A stretch of DNA of 64,000 nt from Planctomycetota bacterium. GTDB taxonomy: Bacteria; Planctomycetota; UBA1135; UBA2386. The position numbers and the translations under genes were made by a program. The stretch spans positions 1,280,001 to 1,344,000 of the forward strand of contig OZ245838.1 of NCBI GenBank assembly GCA_965228735.1. The letters run 5' to 3'. The notes below the pieces were generated by a model that was not told the origin of the DNA, did no database searches, and saw only the letters and a program-made list of their open reading frames with translations. Positions 27,643-40,200 of this stretch are shown in pieces. Numbering within the stretch: position 1 is the first letter of the stretch; every line of letters begins with the position of its first letter.

Positions 27643-28632
27643 CTACCACCGGACAACGATATGGCCCCAGGTCATGCCGGCACCGAACGCGGGCATGACG
27701 ACGAGCTTGCCCTTCTCGAGCCGCCCTTCGTCGTAGGCTTCCCGCAGCGCCATCGGCACCGAGGCCGCGGACGTGTTGCCGTACTTCTCGATGTTGCAGA
27801 ACAGCTTGTCCATCGGGACGTCGATCTTCTCCATCGCGTTCTCGATGATCCGCTGGTTGACCTGGTGCGGGATGATCACGCCGATCTCGTCCATCCCGTA
27901 CTCGTCGATCACCTTCTGCACGAGCTCGGCGAAGATGCGCACGGCGAACTTGTAGACCTTCGTGCCGCCCATCTTCATGAAGTGCAGCCCGGCCTCGACC
28001 GTCGCCGCCGTCGCCGGGTGCCGACTGCCGCCGGCCGGCTGCGCGAGCACGTCCTCGGCGTTGCCCTCCATGCCCATCGAACCGCCGAGGTACTCACCCT
28101 GGCCGGCGCGATCGAGCGTCGAGAACACGGCCGCCCCGGCGCCGTCGCCGAACAGCACGCACGTGTTGCGATCCTTGTAGTCGAGGATGCGACTCAGGAC
28201 CTCCGCGCCGACGACGAGCACGTTCTTCGCCTGGCCGGTCGCGATCAGGCTCGTCGCGTTCTGCGCCGCGAGCACGAAGCCGCTGCACGCGGCCCCCAGG
28301 TCGTAGCCCCCGGCGTTCTTCGCGCCGAGGTCGTAGCCGATGCGGCACGCGGTCGCGGGGAACAGCTGGTCCGGCGTGACCGTCGCGCAGAAGATCATGT
28401 CGAGCTCCTCGGGCGCCATGTTGGCGTCCGCGAGGGCCTGCTGCGCGGCCTTGGTCGACATCGAGCTCGTGACCTCGTCCGGCGCGGCGATGCGACGCGC
28501 GCCGATGCCGGTGCGCTGCATGATCCACTCGTCGGACGTGTCGACGATCTTCTCGAGATCGTGGTTCGTGAGCGTCTTCTCGGGCACGTACTTGCCCATG
28601 CCCGCGATGCCTACAGGGATCAGTTCTGGCAT
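27643..28632 (-). CDS. fabH: 3-oxoacyl-ACP synthase III
   Basis: AACSGF, PHQVN, GNTSAAS. Confidence 0.95.
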   Translation of the reverse strand: MPELIPVGIAGMGKYVPEKTLTNHDLEKIVDTSDEWIMQRTGIGARRIAAPDEVTSSMSTKAAQQALADANMAPEELDMIFCATVTPDQLFPATACRIGYDLGAKNAGGYDLGAACSGFVLAAQNATSLIATGQAKNVLVVGAEVLSRILDYKDRNTCVLFGDGAGAAVFSTLDRAGQGEYLGGSMGMEGNAEDVLAQPAGGSRHPATAATVEAGLHFMKMGGTKVYKFAVRIFAELVQKVIDEYGMDEIGVIIPHQVNQRIIENAMEKIDVPMDKLFCNIEKYGNTSAASVPMALREAYDEGRLEKGKLVVMPAFGAGMTWGHIVVRW

Positions 28633-28698
28633 TCGACCGTTCCGTTCAGTGTTGGCTCTTCTGTGACTCGACTGAGTGACTCGACTGGCTTGGCGCGC

Positions 28699-29718
28699 TC
28701 AGCCGTTGGCATCCGCGGCCGGCGGCTCCATCCCCTCGGCCGCCTGGACGATGTGCTGGTTGACGTTGCTCTCGAGCGCGCGCTTGGCGAAGCGGATCGC
28801 GTTGGCGAACGCCGGCGCTTCCGAGCGACCGTGACAGATCGTGACGATGCCCTCGACGCCGAGCAGCAACGCGCCGCCGTACTCCGAGAAGTCGACCTTC
28901 GGCATCACGCTGTGGAACACCTGCTGGATCGCGGCCGGCGCGATCCCGGCCTCGAGCATCGCGCTCTTGAAGTTGTGCAGCAGGTACTCGGCCGCGCCCT
29001 CGCTCGACTTCAGCAGGACGTTGCCGGAGAAGCCATCGGTGACGACGACGTGGCAGTCGCCGGAGAAGATCTCCGTGCCCTCGATGTTGCCGTGAAACTC
29101 GATGGGCATCGCCTTGATGAGCTCCCGCGCCTGCTGCACGAGCGAGTTGCCCTTGCCCTCCTCGCTGCCGATGTTCAGGATCCCGACGCGGGGCGAATCG
29201 ACCTCGAGCGTGCCCTGATAGTACGCCGATCCCATGATCGCGAACTGCGCCAGGTGGTGCGCCTTGGGCTGCGCGTTGGCGCCGACGTCGAGCACGAGGA
29301 ACGGGTTCTTCTGCCCGTGGATGATCGCCGCGATCGCCGGCCGGCGGATGCCCTTGAGGCACCGCAGCCCGAGCGTCGCGCTCGCGACCACGGTGCCGGT
29401 CGAACCCGCGCTGATGAACGCTCCGGCGTGGCCTGCCTTCACGAGCCCGACGCCGACCGCGATGCTGTTCTTCGGCTTCCTGCGGACGGCGTCCATCGGC
29501 GAGTCGCTGCACGTCAGCACGTCGGGCGCGTCGTGCACCTCGACCTCGGCAGGATCGAGGCCGGCCTCGCCGAGCGCGGCCTCGACCGCGACCTTCGGCC
29601 CGGTCAGCACGACCTCCGAAGCGGCGACATAGCCACGTTCCACCGCCAGCGCCACGCCGGCGACGGCCTCCTTCGGGGCGTGATCGCCTCCGACGGCATC
29701 GAGCACAACCTTGGTCAC
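28699..29718 (-). CDS. plsX: Phosphate acyltransferase PlsX
   Basis: DAVGGDHAP, LLNIG-type ILNIGSEEGKG, DGFSGNVLLK. Confidence 0.95.
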   Translation of the reverse strand: MTKVVLDAVGGDHAPKEAVAGVALAVERGYVAASEVVLTGPKVAVEAALGEAGLDPAEVEVHDAPDVLTCSDSPMDAVRRKPKNSIAVGVGLVKAGHAGAFISAGSTGTVVASATLGLRCLKGIRRPAIAAIIHGQKNPFLVLDVGANAQPKAHHLAQFAIMGSAYYQGTLEVDSPRVGILNIGSEEGKGNSLVQQARELIKAMPIEFHGNIEGTEIFSGDCHVVVTDGFSGNVLLKSSEGAAEYLLHNFKSAMLEAGIAPAAIQQVFHSVMPKVDFSEYGGALLLGVEGIVTICHGRSEAPAFANAIRFAKRALESNVNQHIVQAAEGMEPPAADANG

Positions 29719-29916
29719 ACGTACGACTCCACTAGGACTTGAGACGAGAACGATCCGCCAGGGACCGGTCGGGTGTCGGCTGGCCGACATCCCGAGCACG
29801 CTCACGACGCGGGCTCCGCTGCCGCACGCCGTCGCCAGGCCGCCCGCGGTGCGACTGCCGAGCGGCGAGACCCCCGCTCGGCCGCCCTCGCGGCGCCCGT
29901 GGCTTCAGAGCGCCGA

Positions 29917-30096
29917 CTAGTCGGCCGCCCGCAGGATCTGACGGCCGCGGTAGTGGCCGCAGGCCTTGCAGATCGTGTGGGGTCGAATCATCGCGCCGCA
30001 GTGGGTGCAACGCACGAGCTGAGCCCGCTGGAGGTGCAGGTGGGCACGACGGTGGCCCTTGTTGGCGCGGCTGATCTTTCGCTTGGGTACTGCCAT
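29917..30096 (-). CDS. rpmF: 50S ribosomal protein L32
   Basis: MAVPKRKIS...CTHCG...PHTICKACGHY. Confidence 0.96.
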   Translation of the reverse strand: MAVPKRKISRANKGHRRAHLHLQRAQLVRCTHCGAMIRPHTICKACGHYRGRQILRAAD

Positions 30097-30296
30097 TTGG
30101 AGTGCCGTAGGTCGGGGCGCGGCTCGCTGGCGGGCCGTCACCCGGAAATGAAGGGCGAGGACTGTACGCCGAGTGCCGGCGAAGTCAACGCGTCGTCTGG
30201 CTTTGTAGCGGCCGGGAACCGGGGTGGCCGACGGCACCCGCGAAACCTCGAACTGGTCCGGCCGCCCGGGTTTGCGCCGAGTCGCCGGGCGGCGGG

Positions 30297-33047
30297 TCAG
30301 CGCAATCCGGCTGCCGTCAGCGCGGCCAGGGCGGCCTCGCGCGCGGCGGGCAGCTGGGCCGGGTTCTTGCCCTTGCCCTGCGCCATCTCCGGCCGGCCGC
30401 CGCCGCCGCCGCCGAGCACGGTCGCGACCGCCTTGACCAGAGCGCCGGCCTTTACCTTGTCCGTCAGCGACTTGCTCACGACCGCGCAGACGTGGACCGC
30501 GTCGTCGTGAGCGCTCAGGCCGACCCCGACGAACGGCTCGCAGCTCTGCTGCGCGCGACTCATCACCTCCTGCAGGTCCTTGGACTGCAGCTTCGGACGT
30601 TCGTAGATCGCGGTGCGCACCCCGTCCTTCTCGGTCGCGTCGGCCTTGATGCGCTCGACCTCGGCGCCGAAGTCCGGCGCCAGCGCCTTCTCCAGCTCCT
30701 TGCGCGTCGCCTTCAGCTCGTCGGCGAGTTCGTGCACGCGCTCGGCCACGCGCGTCGGCGGGACCTTGAGCGATTGCGCGAGGCTGTTCAGCTCGCGTTG
30801 CTCAGCGCGCGCATGGTGCAATGCGGTCTGCCCCGTGACGGCCTCGAGCCGGCGCGTGCCGGCCGCGACCGCGGTCTCCGCGACGATTCGAAACGTGCCG
30901 ATATTGCCCGTGTTCGCGACGTGCGTGCCGCCGCAGAGTTCCTTGCTGAACTCACCCACCTGCAGGGTGCGCACCTCATCGCCGTACTTCTCGCCGAAGA
31001 GCGCGACGAAGCCGCTCTGGCGCGCCTCGGTCAGCGGCCGCAAACGCGCTTCGACCTGCGTCGCCGCGAGCACCTCCGCATTGACCATGTCCTCGACGGC
31101 GTCGAGTTGCGCGGTCGTCGGCTTCTCGGGTTGGGTGTAGTCGAACCGCAGCCGCTCCGGCGCGACCTCCGACCCGGCCTGGCTCACGTGGTCACCGAGC
31201 ACGCGCTTCAGCGCCTCGTGCAGCAGGTGCGTCGCGGTGTGATTGCGTTCGGTCGCGCGCCGCGCGTTCGCATCGACCGCGAGCATCGCCGGCTGGCCGA
31301 CCTCGAACGTGCCCTGCTCGACCTCGAGTTCGTGCAGGTGATAACCGTCGAGCGCCGTGGTGTTGACGATGCGGCCGCGGCCGGTCGCCGTCGTGACGGT
31401 GCCGCGATCGCCGACCTGACCGCCACCCTGCGCGTAGAACGGCGTCGTGCCGACGACGAGCAGCGCCTTCGCCGGCATCTCAGCCCCACCGCTCTTCGAT
31501 CCGGCCCCGGCCGCCACCTTCGACAACATGACGTCACCCTCGCCGACGAGCGCCTGGATCTTGGCCTCGGTCGTGAGCCGCTCGTAGCCGACGAACTTGC
31601 TGACGTCGTGACCGTCGTCGCGCAGCTTGACCGCGACGCTCGCCGTGAACACCGCCTCGGACGTGCTCGCGCTCGCGCGCGCACGCTCGCGCTGCGCCGA
31701 CATCGCGGCCTCGAACCCGTTGCGGTCGAGCTTGAACCCGCGCTCGCTGAGCACCTTCTCGGTGATGTCGATCGGGAAGCCGTAGGTGTCGTGCAATTCG
31801 AAGGCGAACTCGCCCGTCCCGGGCGTCGCCGAGCCTTCGATCACGCTGCCGCGCGCCGTGACGTTGCCGCCGCCGTCGCCACCGGCGCGATCGCCCGCGA
31901 GCTCGGCGAGGAACTTGTCGAGCCGCTGCATGCCCTGACGATAGACCGTGAGGAACGTCTCCTCCTCGCCGCGGATCACCGCGCGGCACTGGCCGGCGCT
32001 CTCGCGCACCTCGGGATACGCCGCGCCCATCACCTCGCCGACGACGTCGACCATCGCGAAGAGGAACGGCTGCTCGAGTCCGAGTTCGTAGCCGTCACGC
32101 GCCGCGCGCCGCAGGATCTTGCGCACGACGTAGCCACGCCCTTCGTTGCTCGGCAGCGCGCCGTCGGCGATGCAGAAGCAGAGCGCGCGCACGTGATCGG
32201 CGATGCGCCGCATCCGCACGTCGCGGTGGTCGTCCTTGCCGTAGGCCGTGCCCGTGCGCTCCCCGAGCCAGTCGAGGTACGGCCGGAACAGGTCGGTCTC
32301 GAAGTTGTTCTTCGCGCCCTGCAGCACCGCGACGATGCGCTCGAGCCCGAGCCCGACGTCGATGTTCTTCTGCGGCAGCGGTTCGAGCTTGCCGCCGTCC
32401 TGCCGGTCGAACTGCGTGAACACGCAGTTGCCGATCTCGGTGAAGCGGTCGTCCGGCAGGTCGACGAGCCCCTCCCGATCCGGGTACGGCTCACCCGGGC
32501 GCGCATCGAAGTAGATCTCCGAGCACGGTCCACACACGCCGTTGGGGCCCTTGCTCGGCGCCTCGGCCGGCCAGAAGTTCTCCTTCTCGCCGAAGCGGAA
32601 CACCTTCTCCGGTGCGAGCCCGATGTCCTTCGTCCAGATCTCGAACGCCTCGTCGTCGTCCTGATAGATCGTGACGACCATCTGCTCGGCCGGGATGCCG
32701 CACACGTCCTTGAAGAACTCCCACTCCCAGGCGATGCACTCCTTCTTGAAGTAGTCGCCGAACGAGAAGTTGCCGAGCATCTCGAAGAACGTGTGGTGCC
32801 GCGCCGTGAACCCGACGTTGTCGAGATCCGGCACGCGCAGACACTTCTGCGAGGTCGTCACGCGCTTGTCCGGCAGCGAGCCGCGCCCGAGGAACATGTC
32901 CTTGAACTGGTTCATCCCGGCCCCCGTGAACAGCAGCGTCGGGTCGTTGGCCGGCACGAGCGAGTCGGAGGCCATCTGCTTGTGGCCTCGCTCGACGAAG
33001 AACTGCAGGAAGCGGGCGCGGACCTCGGCGGCGGGGAGCGGTTTCAT
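30297..33047 (-). CDS. alaS: Alanine--tRNA ligase
   Basis: RHHTFFEMLGNFSFGDYFK, HTATH, ELCGGTH, GGGGGRP. Confidence 0.98.
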   Translation of the reverse strand: MKPLPAAEVRARFLQFFVERGHKQMASDSLVPANDPTLLFTGAGMNQFKDMFLGRGSLPDKRVTTSQKCLRVPDLDNVGFTARHHTFFEMLGNFSFGDYFKKECIAWEWEFFKDVCGIPAEQMVVTIYQDDDEAFEIWTKDIGLAPEKVFRFGEKENFWPAEAPSKGPNGVCGPCSEIYFDARPGEPYPDREGLVDLPDDRFTEIGNCVFTQFDRQDGGKLEPLPQKNIDVGLGLERIVAVLQGAKNNFETDLFRPYLDWLGERTGTAYGKDDHRDVRMRRIADHVRALCFCIADGALPSNEGRGYVVRKILRRAARDGYELGLEQPFLFAMVDVVGEVMGAAYPEVRESAGQCRAVIRGEEETFLTVYRQGMQRLDKFLAELAGDRAGGDGGGNVTARGSVIEGSATPGTGEFAFELHDTYGFPIDITEKVLSERGFKLDRNGFEAAMSAQRERARASASTSEAVFTASVAVKLRDDGHDVSKFVGYERLTTEAKIQALVGEGDVMLSKVAAGAGSKSGGAEMPAKALLVVGTTPFYAQGGGQVGDRGTVTTATGRGRIVNTTALDGYHLHELEVEQGTFEVGQPAMLAVDANARRATERNHTATHLLHEALKRVLGDHVSQAGSEVAPERLRFDYTQPEKPTTAQLDAVEDMVNAEVLAATQVEARLRPLTEARQSGFVALFGEKYGDEVRTLQVGEFSKELCGGTHVANTGNIGTFRIVAETAVAAGTRRLEAVTGQTALHHARAEQRELNSLAQSLKVPPTRVAERVHELADELKATRKELEKALAPDFGAEVERIKADATEKDGVRTAIYERPKLQSKDLQEVMSRAQQSCEPFVGVGLSAHDDAVHVCAVVSKSLTDKVKAGALVKAVATVLGGGGGGRPEMAQGKGKNPAQLPAAREAALAALTAAGLR

Positions 33048-33239
33048 CGGTATTCAGGCGGACAGTCGGGCGAAAGGTTGTACCGACCGCCCGCCCCCGA
33101 CGAAAGGGCGCCGCGACGTCCTGAACGAGGGACGGGGCAAACGCCCGCGCCGAACGGCGGGCCGCGAATGGCAGCCTCCGCGCGCGGCCTCACGCCCGGG
33201 CTCGGCGCCCGACTGCGCAGGGGTCAGCGGCTCAGCGAC

Positions 33240-34409
<1,170 letters not shown>

Positions 34410-34799
34410 CGAGCTCCCTCCCTGGGATGCCTCTGGCTGGTGTGGCCGGAGATCGCGGTGCTGTCGCGGTTACGGAATTCTGTGATTCGCTGCACGGTAG
34501 CGCGGACCCGAACAAAGACCAAACGGTTTCTTTGACGCTACTACCGATTGCGGCGATCCACCGGTGTTGTGGCCCGGATGGCCCCACTGGTTACACCAAC
34601 TCGCCCGACCGTTCACGGGCGCATTCCGGCCCGGACCCCGCCGGCCCGGGTGCCGTCGCGGCAGATCCGCGCCGGAACGGGACTTCGGTCTCACCCATGG
34701 CACCGGCACGAGGCGTCCGCGGGTCGGGTTTTTCCGCAGTCCCGCTCAAGGGCCCCGGGGTCACGCACGATAGCCCGGCGCCCAACCAGGGAGATCACC

Positions 34800-35291
34800 A
34801 TGATTCGCGTCCTCGGCATCGCCTCGTTGTTCACGGCCATCGCGCTCACGCCGGCCACCGCCACGGCCCAGTTCGTGGAGAACCCGTTCGTCCAGAACCC
34901 GGTGAACGGGCCCGTCGTCGAGGATCCGGTCGTCGAGGGCCCGGTCGTGGAGGACCCGGTCATCGAAGGCCCGGTCGTCGAAGACCCCGTGGTCGAGGAC
35001 CCCGTCGTGGAGGACCCAGTGGTCGAGGACCCAGTGGTCGAGGATCCGGTCACCGAGCCCGGCAAGAAGAAGCGCTGCAAGCAGCGCCTGCGCGAACGCC
35101 TGCAGAAGATCCGAGCCAAGCTGCAGCAGAAGCGCGCGCGCATGCAGCAGAGCAAGGAACGGTGCAAGCAGAAGAAGAGCTGCCGGTCCGACATCTTCGA
35201 GGTCATCCGCAAGCACAAGGAACGCCTCGCGAAGCGCAAGGCCGCCCTCAAGGCGAAGCTGCAGGCGAAGAAGAAGCGCGGCCGCAAGTAG
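34800..35291 (+). CDS. Secreted protein with acidic PVVED repeats and a Lys/Arg-rich tail
   Basis: GGGAG RBS, signal peptide ending ATA, about 10 pentapeptide repeats. Confidence 0.8.
   Translation: MIRVLGIASLFTAIALTPATATAQFVENPFVQNPVNGPVVEDPVVEGPVVEDPVIEGPVVEDPVVEDPVVEDPVVEDPVVEDPVTEPGKKKRCKQRLRERLQKIRAKLQQKRARMQQSKERCKQKKSCRSDIFEVIRKHKERLAKRKAALKAKLQAKKKRGRK
34911..35060 (+). repeat. 15-bp coding tandem repeat x10
   Basis: Units encode PV(V/I/T)E(D/G/P) with synonymous variation. Confidence 0.9.
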
Positions 35292-35321
35292 CGGCCCGCC
35301 CGCTCGGCCCGATCAACGGGC

Positions 35322-37136
35322 TCAGCTCTGCTCCTGCAGCCGTCGCAGGGCCTTGAGCTTCTGCGAATAGGCGCGGTTGATCGCGCGCCGGCGCAAGCGC
35401 CCGAGCAGCTGGTTCGGGTCGTCCGCGGCCACGACCGGCAGCTCGTCGAGCAGCACGGCGTCGAACGTCTCGATCGCGCGGTGCAGATCGTCCGTCGGCC
35501 GCACGACGACCGGCGGACTCGACATCACGTCCGCGGCGGTCGCGAGCTGATAGATCTCGCGGTCGAACGTGAACTGCCGCACGTCGTTGGCCGAGAACAC
35601 GCCGACGAAGCGATCGTCCTGATCGAGCACGGGGAAGTAGTCCTCGCGGCGCTCGACGAGCAGCTGCACGATCTCCCGCAGCGGCGTGTTCGAGCGCACG
35701 GCGAACACCTCGCTCGGCTCGAAGACGTCCTGCACCGTCATCTTCTCGAGCAGCGCGACCTGATACTCGCCCGCGTGCGCCGGCGACAGCGCGCGATGCG
35801 GCACCTGCTTGACGTAGAGCGCGGTGCCGCGGCTCAGCAGGAACGTGAGCCCGCAGACCCACATCGCGGGCAGCAGCAGCGCGTAGCTGCCGGTCATCTC
35901 GGTGACCATGACGATCGTGCTGATCGGCGTCTTGGCCGCGCCGGCGAAGAACCCGCACATGCCGACGACGACGAAACTGGCGGGGTGCGAGACGAGGCCG
36001 AGCTCCTGCCCGATGAGGCCGACAGCGCCCCCGATCGCGCCGCCGACGACCATGCTCGGGCCGAACACGCCGCCGCTGCCGCCCGCCGCGATCGTGCACG
36101 ACGTCGCGACGATCTTGGCGAGCGCGATCACGATCAGCAGGCGCACGCCCTCCCACCCGAGCACGGCGCCATCGAGCGACTCCTGCAGGATGCCGTAGCC
36201 GTTGCCCGCCGCGCAGAGCCCGAGCTCGTCACCCGTGAGCTGCCACGCGAGAACGGCGATGCCGCCGCAGAGCAGGCCGCCGATCAGCGCCACGAGCGGG
36301 CGCGGCAGCGGCAGCCGGTGGAACCAGCCTTCGCTCGCGTAGAAGAACTTCACGAACAGGAAGATCACCGGCACGAGCGTCAGCGCGAGCACGGTATGCG
36401 GCAGCAGCTCCGCGAGGTCGGAGAAGCGGAAGCCCTCGCCGAGTTCGAAGAGCGTGCCGAACTCACCGACGAACCCGCAGTAGACGCAGTACGACACCGC
36501 CGACGACAAGAACGACGGCATCACGACCTCGCCCTCGAACTCGGCGTCGCGGTAGAGGATCTCGGACGCGAACAGCGCACCTGCGAACGGCGCCCGGAAG
36601 ATCGCGCCGACGCCGCCCGCCATGCCGCACGCGAGGAGGATGCGGCACTGGCTGTCGCGCAGCCCGAGCTTCTGTCCGAGCCAGGAGCCCGTACCGGCGC
36701 CGATCTGCGCGATCGGCCCCTCCCGACCGCCGCTGCCGCCCATGCCGATCGTCAGCGCCGACGTGATCGCCTTGACGAACGGCACGCGACCGCGGACTCG
36801 ACCGCCCTTGTGGTGATACGACTCGATCGCGGCATCCGTGCCGTGCCCCGTCGCCTCGGGCGCGAGCCACCGGCAGATCAGCGCGCTGAGCGAGCAGCCG
36901 ATCGCCGGCAGGAGCAGCAGCCACAGGATGCTCGGCTCGCCGGCGCCCTCGCCGTGCGGGAAGAACTGCACCTCGCCGCGCGGGCCCTCGGGCGCGTAGT
37001 TGGCGAGCCCGCTGAGCGTGAACTTCGTGATCAGGCCGCTGAGGAACTCGAACGCGATCGCGCCGAGACCCGCGAGCAGCCCGACGAGCATCGCGAGCGG
37101 GTAGATGGAAGTGCGAAGCGAGCGGAACGAAGCCAA
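35322..37136 (-). CDS. ClC-family chloride channel/transporter with CBS pair
   Basis: GSGGREGP, GVFGP, many TM helices, C-terminal CBS domains. Confidence 0.93.
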   Translation of the reverse strand: MASFRSLRTSIYPLAMLVGLLAGLGAIAFEFLSGLITKFTLSGLANYAPEGPRGEVQFFPHGEGAGEPSILWLLLLPAIGCSLSALICRWLAPEATGHGTDAAIESYHHKGGRVRGRVPFVKAITSALTIGMGGSGGREGPIAQIGAGTGSWLGQKLGLRDSQCRILLACGMAGGVGAIFRAPFAGALFASEILYRDAEFEGEVVMPSFLSSAVSYCVYCGFVGEFGTLFELGEGFRFSDLAELLPHTVLALTLVPVIFLFVKFFYASEGWFHRLPLPRPLVALIGGLLCGGIAVLAWQLTGDELGLCAAGNGYGILQESLDGAVLGWEGVRLLIVIALAKIVATSCTIAAGGSGGVFGPSMVVGGAIGGAVGLIGQELGLVSHPASFVVVGMCGFFAGAAKTPISTIVMVTEMTGSYALLLPAMWVCGLTFLLSRGTALYVKQVPHRALSPAHAGEYQVALLEKMTVQDVFEPSEVFAVRSNTPLREIVQLLVERREDYFPVLDQDDRFVGVFSANDVRQFTFDREIYQLATAADVMSSPPVVVRPTDDLHRAIETFDAVLLDELPVVAADDPNQLLGRLRRRAINRAYSQKLKALRRLQEQS

Positions 37137-37243
37137 GGGACTGGCGTTGGAGTAACGAAAGCCGACGCGGGCGAAAAGACTCTCATGCCTGTTTCCCGCC
37201 CGGGGATCGGCGATAGTGCGCTCGTATGGCGGGTTCTTGGACG

Positions 37244-40200
37244 ATGCGGATCGGTACGGCCGTGTTCCTGGTGCTGGCGTTCGTCGGCGGTTGGTGGCTC
37301 TGGGAACTCCTCGGGGGCGGCCCGGACGAGATCACGGCGCCGCGGCCGGACGTGATCCCCGGCAGCATCGAGATGGCGCCGTTGCGGGACCGGGTCCTCG
37401 GCGACGAGCGCACGTTCGTGCGGCTCGGCGCGACCGAGTGCGGCATCGACTTCCAGAACGTGCTGCGACGCGAGAACCGCTTCCAGTACCTGACGAACGG
37501 CGCCGGCCTCGCCGCTGGTGACTACGACGGCGACGGCCTCGTCGACCTCTACCTCGTGTCGCAGGACACCAAGGACCGGCTCTACCGCCAGGTCGCGCCC
37601 ATGAAGTTCGAGGACGTGACCGCGGCGGCCGGCGGCGTCGACGGCGGCGACGCCTGGGGCACGGGCGCGACGTTCGCCGACGTCGACGGCGACGGCGATC
37701 TCGATCTCTACGTGTGCCGCCTCGAGGCGAAGAACCTGCTCTACGAGAACCAGGGCGACGGCACGTTCGTCGAGAACGGCAGCAAGTACGGCCTCGACAT
37801 CGTCGCCGCGTCGATGATGGCCGCGTTCTGCGACTACGACAACGACGGCGCGCTCGACGTCTACCTGCTGACGAACCGCGCGCTGCACGCGGGCTGGGCG
37901 CAGACGCCGCCCGTGCTCGGTGGGTTCACGCCGGGCCGGGACACCGTGCGCGCGCCCGCCGCGATGGTGCCGACGATCCAGCAGGCAGCTCAGATCGGCG
38001 ACCTCGTGCGCAGCGATCGGCTGCAGGACAGCAGCATCCCGGGACCGCTGCGCGAGCACTACATGGCGTTCCGCGGCCGGCCCTACATGACCGGGCAACA
38101 GGACAAGCTGCTGCGCAACGTCAACGGCAAGTTCGTCGACGTGTCGGCGAGCGCCGGCATCGCCGGTCACGGCATGGGGCTGTCGGCGACCTGGTGGGAC
38201 TACGACGGTGACGGGCGGCCCGACCTCTACGTCGCCAACGACCTCGAGTCACCGGACCGGCTCTACCACAACGAGGGCTCTGGCACGTTCCGCGAGGTCG
38301 CGGCCGACGTGCTGCCGCACACCGCCTACTACGGCATGGGGAGCGACGCGGGCGACGTCGACGGCGACGGCCACCTCGACTTCCTCGTCGCCGACATGTC
38401 GATGCGCACGCACGAGAAGGCCAAGGTGCTCATGGGTGACATGGACACCCAGCGCCCGGTGCTGATGCACAGCAGTCCGCCGCAGTACATGCGGAACGCG
38501 CTGCTGCTCAACACCGGCGCGCGGCCGCGGCGCTTCCAGGAGGCCGCGAAGATCGCCGGCCTGTCGAGCACGGACTGGACGTGGAGCGTGCTGTTCGGCG
38601 ATCTCGACAACGACGCGCGGCTCGATCTCTTCGCCACCAACGGCATCGCGCGGTTCGACACGGACCCCGACCTCAAGATCCAGGTCGACAAGCTGTGGGC
38701 GCAGAACCGCCACCAGGCCGCCTACCAGCTGATCCAGAACGTCGGCAAGGTCGCGGAGCCGAACGTGGCGCTGCGCAACGCGGGCGACCTGCAGTTCGAG
38801 CGTCACGCCGACTGGGGGCTCGAGCTCGAGTCCGTGACCCACGGCGCGGTGCTCGTCGACCTCGACGGCGACGGTGACCTCGACGTCGTCACCAACAACT
38901 GGAACGCGGACTTCGGCGTCTGGGAGAACCGCGCCGCGACCGGCAACGCGCTGCTCGTCGAGCTGCGGGGGCGCCAGAGCGATCGCTTCGGCGTCGGCTC
39001 CCGGGTGATCGCGGTGCTGCCAGGTGGACAGCGGATCGTGCGCGAGAACTGGCTGTCGCGCGGCTACCTGTCCGGCCAGGCACCGGTCGTCCACCTCGGG
39101 ATCGGTGACGCAGACGCGGTCGACAGGCTCGAGGTGCAGTGGCCCTCGGGCCAACGCTCGACCTACTACACCATCGCCAGTAACCAGCGCGTGACGATCA
39201 CCGAGCCGGGTGGTCCCGTCCCGAAGCACGCGGTCGAACCGGCGACTCCATGGTTCGAAGCCGCGGCCGCGCCGGCGTTCGGCCACGTCGAGAACGACTT
39301 CGATGACTACGCGGATCAACCGCTGCTGCCGGCGCGGGTGTCGCGACTCGGACCGGGGATCGCGTGCGCCGACGTCGACGGCGACGGCGACGACGACGCG
39401 TTCGTCGGCGGGGCGATTGGTCAGGCCGGCGTGCTGTTCCTGCGGGACGGTGCTGGTTGGCAGCCGCGGCCGGGACCGTGGGACGACGACGCGGCGAGCG
39501 AGGACATGGGGCTCGTGTTCTTCGACTTCGACGGCGACGGCGACGTCGACCTGTTCGTGAGCAGCGGCGGAGCGGCCCGGGCGGCCGGGGATCCGGCGCT
39601 GCAGGATCGGCTCTACGAGAACGACGGTAACGGCAACTTCGAGAGGGTCACCGGCGCACTGCCCGAGATTCGCGAATCGTCGGGCCACGCCACGGTCGCC
39701 GACTTCGACGGGGACAACGACCTCGACCTGTTCGTCGCCGGCCGCATCGTCCCCGGCCAGTTCCCCGACGCGCCTTCGAGCCGGCTGTATCAGAACGACG
39801 GCGGCCGCTTCACCGACGTGACCGCGGAGCTCGCGCCGGCGCTGGGGACCGCGGGCATGGTGACGAGCGCGCTCTTCACGGACGTCGACGCCGACGGCCG
39901 CATCGATCTGCTGCTCGCCGCGCGCTGGCAGCCGATCCGGCTGCTGAAGAACGTGGGCGGCAAGTTCACCGACGCGACGGACAGCGCGGGCCTGCTGCCC
40001 CACACCGGCTGGTGGAACTCGCTCTGCGCGGTCGACGTCGACCACGACGGCGACCTCGACTACCTGGCCGGCAATCGCGGCCACAACACGAAATACAAGG
40101 CCGACCGCGAGCACCCGGCCGTCCTCTACTACGGCGACTTCGACGACAACGGCACGCGCGATCTCGTCGAGGCCAAGTATCGCGGCGACACGCTGCTGCC

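Noticed and set aside
31480..31920. Intein or mobile insertion in alaS
   Set aside because: Only short Gly-rich loop insertions; no splicing motifs
34911..35060. CRISPR array
   Set aside because: Contiguous 15-bp coding units without spacers; no cas genes in the window
35322..37136. Novel ClC selectivity from GHGTD in place of GSGIP
   Set aside because: To my knowledge this variant is common in prokaryotic CBS-containing ClCs; nothing else is unusual
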